A stretch of 64,000 nt of DNA from a bacterium (GTDB lineage: Bacteria; Patescibacteriota; Microgenomatia; Curtissbacterales; GWA2-41-24), in NCBI GenBank assembly GCA_021813945.1, contig JAKAJD010000002.1, forward strand, positions 33,343 to 97,342, given 5' to 3'. The notes under the pieces are model-generated. The model worked only from the letters and a program-made list of their open reading frames with translations, ran no database searches and was not told the origin of the DNA. A program made the translations under genes and the position numbers. This document shows positions 29,475 through 38,051 of the stretch, in pieces. Position 1 is the first letter of the stretch. Each line of letters opens with the position of its first letter.

Positions 29475-31574
29475 TTATTTTGAGGTAGATGGCCAGTCCT
29501 CTATCATTATCGATTTTCTCTTAATTTCAAACTTTTGATACAACTCTTCTGTCAAAAACGGCATAAACGGATGCAGCAAAATCAAAACTTCCTTTAGTAC
29601 ATACTCTAGTGTCGGTTGTGCCTCTACCCTTCTTCCCTTTGACTGCTCAATATATTTGTCCGCAAATTGATGCCAAACAAATTCATAAATCTCATCCACT
29701 GCCAAATGTAATTCTAAAGATTCCAGATTTTTAGTCACCTTTTTAATAGTTTTTATTAATTCAGCCTCAATCCAAATATCATCCGCGTTTATAGTTTTAA
29801 CTTTTGAACTTTCAGATTTAAGATCAATTACATACCGCGCAACATTCCTCAACTTTGTCCCAAAATTACGAAAATTCTTTCCCCTCTCATCAAGCGAGGC
29901 TTTACTCACCCTCCCGTCACGCCCCGGGATTGCATATGTATAAAGTGCCATTCTGGTTGCATCCACTCCCCAATTGTCGATCAAATATTGCGGATCTATA
30001 CCATTGCCTAATGATTTTGAAAACTTTCGTCCCTCCAAATCTCTAAGCATCCCATGGAAAAACATTGTTTTAAAAGGAATATCATCGACAAAATATTTCG
30101 AAAGCATAATCATTCTGGCGATCCAAAGGTATTTAATTTCCGGGGCCGTTATTTCAAAATCCCAAGGAAAAAACTTAGCAAGGTCCGGATCAAATTCCCC
30201 TTTACCCTTTGAGGGTTCACCCTGAGCATTAGCGAAGGGCCACCCTAAAGTGGACATTGGCCAAAGGCCGGAAGAAAACCAGGTGTCTAAAACCTGTTCG
30301 TCCTGTTCCCATCCTTTACCCGGAGAATCAAGTGAAACTTTCATCTCACCGTCTTTATACCAAACAGGTATTCTATGCCCCCACCAAAGCGACCTGGAAA
30401 TACACCAGTCGTGAATCGAATCGAGCCATTCCACTAAAATCTTTTTGTAGTTTTTCGGCAAAAATTTAATCTTGTCGGAATTGATCTCATGAACAGCTTC
30501 TTTTGCAATCTCCCCTACTTTTACAAACCATTCTTCAGATATCAGAGGTTCAACAACGCTTTTGCACCTTTCGCAAACAGCAACGTTGTGGACGTAATCT
30601 TCAGTTTTGACAAGGATCCCCTTTTCCTCAAGTTCCCCAAGCATTGCCTCCCTCGCCTCGAGAACTTTCATGCCGGCATATTTTCCGGCAATATCGGTCA
30701 GTCGACCGTGTTTATCAATCACTTGAACAATAGGTAAATTATGGCGCTTGCCAATCTCGTAATCGGCAAAGTCATGACCAGGGGTGACCTTAATAACTCC
30801 TGTACCAAATTCAGGATCGACTGCCTTGTCTGAAACGACTTTCATTTTCTTTTTTCCAGCTAACGTTTCAATTTCAAATTCTTTGCCAACATATTGTTTG
30901 TACCTCTTGTCATCCGGATGAACCGCCATTGCCGTGTCGCCAAATTTCGTTTCGGGTCTTGCTGTCGCCAAAGTTAGTGGTCCGTATTTTAGAAAGTACA
31001 ATTTTTCTTTTCTTTCCTCGTACTCCAGCTCCGCGTTTTCTATAGCCGTATTATCTTTTGGACACCACTGGACTATGTATGGCCCTTTATAAATGAGCCC
31101 CCTATCCCAAAAAGTTTTAAACTCAAAAAAAACGGCTTTTCTTGGACCCTCATCCAAAGTAAAAACTTCCCGAGACCAATCAGCAGAAATTCCTAAAAAT
31201 CTCCAGGTGTGCGAAACGGATTTGTAAACTTCCTCTTTAAATTTCCAAGCTTCTTCAAGCCACTTTTCTCGACCCAACTTTTGTTTGGAAAGCTTTTCTC
31301 GTGCAATTTTCTTGTCGAAGGTTGACTCAAACTGAATGCCGGCGTGATCAACACCCGGAAGCAGTAAAACATTAAAACCTTGGAACCTCTTAAATCTTGC
31401 AACAGCATCGAGTACTGAATGCTGCATCGCGTGGCCAAGGTGTAACTCGCCGGTCAAATTAGGCGGAGGCATCAATAGGGAATAGGTCGGCTTTTTGGAT
31501 TTTATATCAGCGCCGAAATATCCATTATCTTCCCAAAATTTGTAAATATTTTTTGCGTCAAAACCACTCTTCAT
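29475..31574 (-). CDS. valS: Valine--tRNA ligase (short form)
   Basis: PPPNLTGELHLGH, DWCISR.LWWGHRIP, DTWFSSGLWP, KFSKSLGN. Confidence 0.95.
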   Translation of the reverse strand: MKSGFDAKNIYKFWEDNGYFGADIKSKKPTYSLLMPPPNLTGELHLGHAMQHSVLDAVARFKRFQGFNVLLLPGVDHAGIQFESTFDKKIAREKLSKQKLGREKWLEEAWKFKEEVYKSVSHTWRFLGISADWSREVFTLDEGPRKAVFFEFKTFWDRGLIYKGPYIVQWCPKDNTAIENAELEYEERKEKLYFLKYGPLTLATARPETKFGDTAMAVHPDDKRYKQYVGKEFEIETLAGKKKMKVVSDKAVDPEFGTGVIKVTPGHDFADYEIGKRHNLPIVQVIDKHGRLTDIAGKYAGMKVLEAREAMLGELEEKGILVKTEDYVHNVAVCERCKSVVEPLISEEWFVKVGEIAKEAVHEINSDKIKFLPKNYKKILVEWLDSIHDWCISRSLWWGHRIPVWYKDGEMKVSLDSPGKGWEQDEQVLDTWFSSGLWPMSTLGWPFANAQGEPSKGKGEFDPDLAKFFPWDFEITAPEIKYLWIARMIMLSKYFVDDIPFKTMFFHGMLRDLEGRKFSKSLGNGIDPQYLIDNWGVDATRMALYTYAIPGRDGRVSKASLDERGKNFRNFGTKLRNVARYVIDLKSESSKVKTINADDIWIEAELIKTIKKVTKNLESLELHLAVDEIYEFVWHQFADKYIEQSKGRRVEAQPTLEYVLKEVLILLHPFMPFLTEELYQKFEIKRKSIMIEDWPSTSK
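30215..30239 (+). repeat. REP-like hairpin inserted in frame in valS
   Basis: GTTCACCCTGAGCATTAGCGAAGGG; encodes PFANAQGE on the coding strand. Confidence 0.6.
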
Positions 31575-31644
31575 ATTTGCGCTTTCACGTCACAGAGAAA
31601 TTGGCCTGCTCCCACGTGCAAAAAAAAGGTCAAAATCTGAGTCA

Positions 31645-31653
31645 TGTGGATAA
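31645..31653 (-). promoter_or_regulatory. Perfect DnaA box in the AT-rich valS-tsaD spacer
   Basis: TGTGGATAA. Confidence 0.5.
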
Positions 31654-31946
31654 CATTAATGTCCTTATTCTACTTTCTAATTATTGCAGAGTCTATAAAA
31701 TATGTGAAATGCCGTGAAAGCTAAGTTTTAAAAAAAAATTAAAAACTCACAAAAGCCACAAAATTATCAAAAATATTCTAAATCTTAGAATTCTCTATAA
31801 ATTGCACAGTTTTTAAATGTAATCTTTCCCGCCAGAGGAAATGCTGGGAGATATTATTTCCTGTTCTAAGACCGTCGAAATAGTTTGTTTTGACGTACAA
31901 TTTAGCATAAAACGATTTTGAAAAATGGAGTGAAAATTTAGATGAT

Positions 31947-32951
31947 TCAATCAAAATGAAGGCCACTATCTGCTTGAATTGTCAAAGGATCAACAGGTTT
32001 GCCAGCAAAAAATGCGGCAGCTGCTATCATTGCTCCATTATCAACACTAAATCCGATTTTAGGAAAGTAGACTTCGGTTTTTGTTTCGCTCGCTACCCTT
32101 AAAAGGGCCCTCCTTAGCCTTTTATTGGCAGCTACACCCCCTCCTATAACTAGCGAGCGAACTTTATACGAAGTTGCAGACTTTTTAACCCGAGATGCAA
32201 TCGAGTCAACAACGGCATTTTCAAAGTAAAAAGCAACCATTGAAATATAATTATTTGTTAATTTAAGATGATTTTTCTCAACATATCTTACAACTGCAGT
32301 TTTTATACCTGAAAAAGAAAAGTCGGAATTATCCTTTCCTGCCATACTAACAGGAAAAGGATTTTTGCCTGCCACGCCACAGAAGCCTATTGCAGCTTTT
32401 TCAATTTGCGGCCCACCTGGGTAGGGAAGTCCCAAATACCTTGCAACCTTGTCAAATGCTTCTCCGGCAGCATCGTCCAGTGTAGATCCAATAAGATTAA
32501 AGTCTCTACTGTTTCTCATGTAAACTAAATCTGTGTGGCCACCAGAAACAACAAGTCCGATTAGCGGGAATTGTGGCAATCTTTTTGCTTCTAGCCAATT
32601 TGAGTAAATATGGCCAACCAGGTGGTTTACAGGAATTAAAGGCTTTTCCCAAGCTAACGCTAAAGCTTTTGCACTCTCGACTCCAACCAAAAGAGAGCCT
32701 ATTAGCCCTGGCCCGTATGAAACGGCTATGGCATCAATTGAATCAAAGTTAACGTCTTTGACAGCGGAAGCCAAAGTAGGGACTAAAACCTTAACTTGCT
32801 CACGTGCCGCAACCTCAGGTACTACACCACCAAATCTTGCATGCTCCAAAGCAGAGGTGGCCAAGCTGTTTGCCAAAACTTTTGTGCCATTTTCAACTAC
32901 AGCAGCGCCTGTCTCGTCACAAGTAGATTCTATTCCCAGAATTTTCATCAA
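31947..32951 (-). CDS. tsaD: tRNA threonylcarbamoyltransferase
   Basis: LGIESTCDET, GGVVPE.A.R, VSGGHT, DDAAGEAFDK, DNGAMIA. Confidence 0.96.
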   Translation of the reverse strand: MMKILGIESTCDETGAAVVENGTKVLANSLATSALEHARFGGVVPEVAAREQVKVLVPTLASAVKDVNFDSIDAIAVSYGPGLIGSLLVGVESAKALALAWEKPLIPVNHLVGHIYSNWLEAKRLPQFPLIGLVVSGGHTDLVYMRNSRDFNLIGSTLDDAAGEAFDKVARYLGLPYPGGPQIEKAAIGFCGVAGKNPFPVSMAGKDNSDFSFSGIKTAVVRYVEKNHLKLTNNYISMVAFYFENAVVDSIASRVKKSATSYKVRSLVIGGGVAANKRLRRALLRVASETKTEVYFPKIGFSVDNGAMIAAAAFFAGKPVDPLTIQADSGLHFD

Positions 32952-32953
32952 AA

Positions 32954-33484
32954 TTAAAGCTGGAAGCTGGCAATATCACCTTCGTGAATGCCGTATAAAT
33001 CCGAAAGACCCGCATTAACCTCAAGCACATACTTTGCAGCACCGGCGGGCTTGTACTGTGTAAGCTGAAGGTCATTTTTTCCAAGTTCCGGTGAGAGATT
33101 TTTGGCAATACTCACAACTTTTTTGCTTTCGTCAATCCATATAATATCAATTGCGAATTTCATGTCTTTCATCCAAAAAACATAAGAGTCACTTTTGTCA
33201 AAAACAAAAAGCATACCTTGATCAAGGGGCAGGGAATCGACCTTTGAAAGCCCTTTTTGGCGATCACTGGAATTAGCTGCAATCTTGGCCTTAACGTTAA
33301 GCTTGCCGATTGAAACATTAGTCGCATCAGTGGAAATCTTTGTGCTTGTCCCGGAAGCGGAAGACGTACCGCTAACACCAAAACCGCCGCGCAAAATTCC
33401 GGTAGTCCCAAAAAAATTTCCAAATAGAATAAGAACTATAATAATGACGAACAGACCACCGATTACAGAAAGATCTTTCTTCAC
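32954..33484 (-). CDS. DUF192 domain protein
   Basis: KGLS..GMLFVF..FWMKDM.FAIDIIW..YVLEVNAG; GTG start 7 nt after TATAAT. Confidence 0.88.
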   Translation of the reverse strand: MKKDLSVIGGLFVIIIVLILFGNFFGTTGILRGGFGVSGTSSASGTSTKISTDATNVSIGKLNVKAKIAANSSDRQKGLSKVDSLPLDQGMLFVFDKSDSYVFWMKDMKFAIDIIWIDESKKVVSIAKNLSPELGKNDLQLTQYKPAGAAKYVLEVNAGLSDLYGIHEGDIASFQL

Positions 33485-33525
33485 AAGCAAAATTATATAT
33501 CAGTTGAAGATATTTAAGAAGAATC

Positions 33526-35400
33526 TTAACCAGTTCCGACCAAAAATACTGCTTGCCAAGGTTTGAAATTAGAGTAAAAAGCCTTATCAATCACCAGTTG
33601 GTCTCCTTTGTAGACTTTTTGCGTAAAGGCACTTTTGGCACCCCAGGCTGCAAAATCAACTTGCTTGACTGTTCCTTTTGGCAAGCTAGGGTCATCTTGA
33701 TATAAAGGTGGCGGGGGAGGGACCTGACTTGTGATTATCGGGTCGGAGATCTCAACACGTCTACCGTCTAATGTTCCATAAATATCAACCTCAATTTTAG
33801 CGTTCGCAGGATCCATAACGGCTTGAATCAAAATATGTTTCTCTGTGTCGTTTTTAAATTTTAAATCGACAGAAGGGGACCATATGGTTGCATCAAGTCC
33901 AGCCCCAAATCCGCGTTGCTCGTAATAGCCGACTCTGTAAGCATGGGCAGTTCTCTCAAGTATTGGAAAACCTGCATTCAAAGCCGCCCTAAAAACCGTT
34001 GTTGAAACCTGGCAAATTCCGCCCCCGTCGTCTAAAACAGTTCTTCCCGAAGAAATTACATAGGCTTGTTTAAAACCTTGAGCGGCAGAAACCGGCCCAA
34101 CTAGTTTATCAAAAGAAAAGGTTTCACCAGGCGGTACTAAAGTGCCGCTTATAAGACTGGCCCCCAAGCCGATATTGAATATTCTGTTTGGAATCGATCC
34201 AGCGTAATAAGAAACACCTCGGCCAATGAGATCTTTAATACCTAAAGAGTTTACCTCAGGGTTTGCAATCTCTGCTTTTGTAATATGTACAGGTAGATCA
34301 ATGTTAATATTTTTAGCTTCATCTATATTTTCGATAGACACTTTTGAAAGCAGCAAATTTTTAGTTTGCAAAACATCCAGCTTTTGCCCATCCTGTGCAG
34401 GCTGAAATTGTGTAATTTTTCCATTTTCAAATTTTAAGGTTGCATTAACTGTTGGCTTATTAACGCTTGTCGCGATATCAGCTATAAATGCATCGAGTTT
34501 CTGCTGATTCAGTGATAAATCTAGTTCAGGAGGTGAAGCAGAATCTATGCTTGCAGTTTTAATATAGATATCACTACCCAAATTTAATGACATAAAACTT
34601 CCGTCTTCATAATCTGTAGGTTGAAATTGCAAAATCGAAAGCAAACTCTCTCCGGTTAAATTCCACTTGTCGTAGCCATAAACTAAGTTGATATTTCGCG
34701 CATTTAGCTCGTTCACTTTTACTAAAGCTTTCTGCGCTTGCTCCTTGGCAATAATCGGCTTAATTTCAATCATTTCAGCCTTAATTGGCGCATGGGAGAG
34801 GTTGTTAATATCTGCCTTTAGATTATCAGCGAGTAAAGATTCATCAATTACTTTCCCCGTGATTTCATCAACAATCACTGGTTTTGCTCCAGAAATGTCA
34901 ATGGATGCATCTTTAGCCGCTTTCTCAAACGAAGAAAGCTTCGAGGACAAATTTTGAGAAAACAAATCATAATCAACTGCATACGAAGGCGATATGTTAA
35001 CAGGTCGAAATGGCAAGATCAGTCTCTGAACGAATATCGAAGCCGGTTCGCCACTTCTGCCTATTTCCATCAGGCGATTTAAAGTCTTTTGCTTATCGAA
35101 AGAAAATCCCAATTCAGAATCTGTAATACTGAAACTTTTATTATCCACATTAACAACAAGTGGGCTATTTTTAAAATTATCTATAGTATTTGATACGAAA
35201 ATGCCCGCCTGCTGCTGGTCCATTCCCATCATGCTTTTTCCAGCAAAATAAACACCCGGAACAATTTTATTGGCGTAGTAAAGGTTATAAATTAAAATGA
35301 GGAATAAAACAAAGAATCCAACTCCGATTAAGACGAACTTATATTTCTTTAAAAAGAGTGGTTTCGAAGCATTTATTTCTTTTTTTTTCGGTCTGGGCAT
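33526..35400 (-). CDS. VanW family protein with peptidoglycan-binding repeats
   Basis: PGETFSF, GGGICQVSTT.FRAAL, ERTAH, GLDAT, DLKFKN. Confidence 0.9.
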   Translation of the reverse strand: MPRPKKKEINASKPLFLKKYKFVLIGVGFFVLFLILIYNLYYANKIVPGVYFAGKSMMGMDQQQAGIFVSNTIDNFKNSPLVVNVDNKSFSITDSELGFSFDKQKTLNRLMEIGRSGEPASIFVQRLILPFRPVNISPSYAVDYDLFSQNLSSKLSSFEKAAKDASIDISGAKPVIVDEITGKVIDESLLADNLKADINNLSHAPIKAEMIEIKPIIAKEQAQKALVKVNELNARNINLVYGYDKWNLTGESLLSILQFQPTDYEDGSFMSLNLGSDIYIKTASIDSASPPELDLSLNQQKLDAFIADIATSVNKPTVNATLKFENGKITQFQPAQDGQKLDVLQTKNLLLSKVSIENIDEAKNINIDLPVHITKAEIANPEVNSLGIKDLIGRGVSYYAGSIPNRIFNIGLGASLISGTLVPPGETFSFDKLVGPVSAAQGFKQAYVISSGRTVLDDGGGICQVSTTVFRAALNAGFPILERTAHAYRVGYYEQRGFGAGLDATIWSPSVDLKFKNDTEKHILIQAVMDPANAKIEVDIYGTLDGRRVEISDPIITSQVPPPPPLYQDDPSLPKGTVKQVDFAAWGAKSAFTQKVYKGDQLVIDKAFYSNFKPWQAVFLVGTG

Positions 35401-35483
35401 GAATTGAAAATCGAATAATTTGTAAGCGTCTTGGCTCTGAGCTTATGATATCATAGAAATAGGCCAGTCTATATTCAAATTAC

Positions 35484-36788
35484 TTGAAAAAAGAACAGAA
35501 AAAAGTGATCAGGTTTTTTCCTAAATTTGCCGCAATTTTAATATTGAGCTTAGCACTTTCTGCGTGTTCTATTATCCCCCTGAAAAAAAGCAGTGGACCG
35601 GTAACTATAAAACTTTGGGGTTTATGGGAGTCAGCAACGACCATGAATCAGGTAATAAACGATTACAAAAAATCTCACCCCGACGTTAACGTTGTTTATG
35701 AGAAAAAGAGCGTTCAACAATATCGTGAGTCGCTTCAAACTCAAGTTCAGGCCGGAAAAGGGCCGGATATATTTATGTTTCACAATACCTGGACGCCAAT
35801 GCTTAAAAATGAACTTACAGCTGTACCTTCAAGCGTAGTTTCACCTTCTGATTTTAAAGCCAATTATTTCCCGACAATTGCCTCGGACATGCGCAATTCT
35901 ACCGGAAGTTATGTTGGAGTGCCTGCCGGCATTGACGGTTTGGGTTTGTATTGGAATCAGGATATTTTTAACGCTGCGGGCATTGTAGCCCCTCCAACTA
36001 CCTGGCAAGATTTAGCCCAGGTCGCTGCCAAATTAACAGTCAGAGACACATCAGGAAACATCCGAACTGCAGGTATTGCCCTAGGTACTGCATCTAACGT
36101 GGATCAATTCTCCGACATTTTGGGCATGATGATTATGCAAAATGGGGGAGATCTTAAAAAGCCTACAAGTCAACTAACAGCTGATGCTCTAGACTATTAC
36201 ACCCATTTTGCCAAAGGTCAAAACCGTGTTTGGGACGAAACTTTACCTTCTTCAACAATTGCTTTTGCCGGCGGCAATTTGGCAATGTATCTTGGCCCAA
36301 GCTGGCGTGCTGCCGAAATCAAACAAGCAAACCCACTTTTGAATTTCAAAGTTGCGCCAGTGCCGCAACTTCAAGGTGGTAAGCTCGCTTGGGCTAGCTA
36401 CTGGGCCTATGGAGTATCAGCCAAAAGCCCTAACCAAAAAGCGGCTTGGGATTTTGTTAAATACCTTCAAGATGACCAAACTCTCATAAAAATCTATAGC
36501 GAAGATGCCAAAACTCCCGGCATGTTGTTTGGAGAACCATATCCTAAAGTAGCTCTAGCCCAAAAGCTGGGCGCAGACCCGATAGTAGGTGCCTTCGTTT
36601 CAGATGCACCGTACATGCGGTCCTTTCCTATGGCATCAAGAACATATGATAATGGCCTAAACGACCAAATCATAAAAGCCTACGAAGATGCGGTCAATAA
36701 AGTGTTAGCAGGCTCAGCTCCTTCATCAGCCCTAACAACAACCGCCACCAACGTCCAAAACGTCCTCAATCGCTTCGGCGCGCAGTAA
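35484..36788 (+). CDS. Sugar-type ABC transporter substrate-binding lipoprotein
   Basis: Lipobox LSAC, GPDIF, LYWNQDIF, PTTW, AWDFVKYL. Confidence 0.88.
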   Translation: MKKEQKKVIRFFPKFAAILILSLALSACSIIPLKKSSGPVTIKLWGLWESATTMNQVINDYKKSHPDVNVVYEKKSVQQYRESLQTQVQAGKGPDIFMFHNTWTPMLKNELTAVPSSVVSPSDFKANYFPTIASDMRNSTGSYVGVPAGIDGLGLYWNQDIFNAAGIVAPPTTWQDLAQVAAKLTVRDTSGNIRTAGIALGTASNVDQFSDILGMMIMQNGGDLKKPTSQLTADALDYYTHFAKGQNRVWDETLPSSTIAFAGGNLAMYLGPSWRAAEIKQANPLLNFKVAPVPQLQGGKLAWASYWAYGVSAKSPNQKAAWDFVKYLQDDQTLIKIYSEDAKTPGMLFGEPYPKVALAQKLGADPIVGAFVSDAPYMRSFPMASRTYDNGLNDQIIKAYEDAVNKVLAGSAPSSALTTTATNVQNVLNRFGAQ

Positions 36789-36835
36789 AATCTTAAAACT
36801 TGCCATAAATAACCACTCACTGTTATATTTGCCGC

Positions 36836-37732
36836 GTGAATAATTCCGCCTCAGTAATTGCCGCCTTAATCTATCATGGCTTATTTGATTATCCCTTAAC
36901 TGCTGAAGAAATTCACAAATTCCAGACAAAAAAAACAACTCTAGTTCAAACTCGAAAAGAGCTCGAAAAATTAATTAAAGACAGAAAAATATTAAGAAAA
37001 GGTGAGTTCTACTTTTTAGGTAAAAATAAAAAACTTGCCACTATTCGCAAAAACCGCCAAAAGATATCAGCAAAAAAATTAAAACGTGCAAAATTTTATG
37101 CAAATATTCTTAAGTCAATTCCTACAATAAAATTGGTTGCTATATCAGGTGCGTTGGCGATGGAAAACAGCACCATGTCAGATGATATAGATTTTTTGAT
37201 AATTGCGGCTAAAAACTCGCTTTGGACAACTCGATTTCTGTCAAACATAATGCTTCTACCCTTCAAACGTGATTCCAAAAGCCAAAAGCAAAAAGACAAA
37301 GCCTGTTTGAATCTCTTCGTAGACGAATTGGGCCTTAAAATAAAAGAGCAAAATCTTTACAAAGCGCACGAAATTTGTCAGGTGAAAGTACTATGGGATA
37401 GAAATGGCACTTATCAAAAATTTTTGAATGCTAACAGATGGATCAAAAAATTTCTGCCAAATTGGACACCGGAATACAAATCAAAGCTCTCAAAGAGGGG
37501 AGTCACTAAGTGGTCTCCGATTCCTGGAAACTGGAGTCTTCTCGAAATTCTTCTTAAGAATTTTCAACTTAGCTACATGAAATCAAAAATAACAACCGAA
37601 AAAATAGGGGAGCATCAGCTCTTTTTCCATCCAGGCCACACGCAATCTAAAGTCTTAAAGGATTATCGAAATTTGACAAATAAGCTCTTCAGATCTACAA
37701 TCACCCCTCATGGATCCAGAAAAAAGGCCTAG
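36836..37732 (+). CDS. Nucleotidyltransferase-domain protein
   Basis: ISGALAM..DDIDFLII (Pol-beta GS/DxD type). Confidence 0.65.
   Translation: MNNSASVIAALIYHGLFDYPLTAEEIHKFQTKKTTLVQTRKELEKLIKDRKILRKGEFYFLGKNKKLATIRKNRQKISAKKLKRAKFYANILKSIPTIKLVAISGALAMENSTMSDDIDFLIIAAKNSLWTTRFLSNIMLLPFKRDSKSQKQKDKACLNLFVDELGLKIKEQNLYKAHEICQVKVLWDRNGTYQKFLNANRWIKKFLPNWTPEYKSKLSKRGVTKWSPIPGNWSLLEILLKNFQLSYMKSKITTEKIGEHQLFFHPGHTQSKVLKDYRNLTNKLFRSTITPHGSRKKA
37673..37701 (+). promoter_or_regulatory. Sigma70 promoter of the csrA-like gene
   Basis: TTGACA-17 nt-TACAAT, 8 nt before ATG 37710. Confidence 0.7.
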
Positions 37733-37991
37733 TTTTTTGGCCAGAGCCAAAACTGCTGGTGAACGCCTCTTAAAAGAAGAGTTCGGCGGTATGCTGATTT
37801 TAGTCAGAAAATCTCAACAGGGAATATGGATTCAGAGTGATAAAGGTGATGTTTGGGTTAGAGTGCTTAGTGTTGAAAGAGACAGAGTCAAACTTGGTAT
37901 TACCGCTCCCAGGGATGTTAAGGTTATGCGCCAAGAGCTACTTACAGGAGATGCTCCTCCACAAGCACATCCTAAAAAGCCTCGTTCTTGA
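37710..37991 (+). CDS. csrA: CsrA/RsmA family RNA-binding protein with N-terminal extension (core starts at 37791)
   Basis: MLILVRK..I.I..V.VRVLSV..DRVKLGITAPRDVKVMRQEL. Confidence 0.85.
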   Translation: MDPEKRPSFLARAKTAGERLLKEEFGGMLILVRKSQQGIWIQSDKGDVWVRVLSVERDRVKLGITAPRDVKVMRQELLTGDAPPQAHPKKPRS

Positions 37992-38051
37992 CAAAAACGA
38001 ACCTAATTTGAGATAATTCTAGCGGGCACCCCAAGCGGGTGTATTTTTTTT
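37988..38051 (+). promoter_or_regulatory. pyrG promoter and compact attenuator leader
   Basis: TTGACA-18 nt-GATAAT, GGGC at 38024, hairpin GCACCC/GGGTGT, then TATTTTTTTT running into the TTG start. Confidence 0.65.

Noticed and set aside
31575-31946. T-box riboswitch upstream of valS
   Set aside because: No T-box consensus (GGTGGNACCGCG) on the coding strand.
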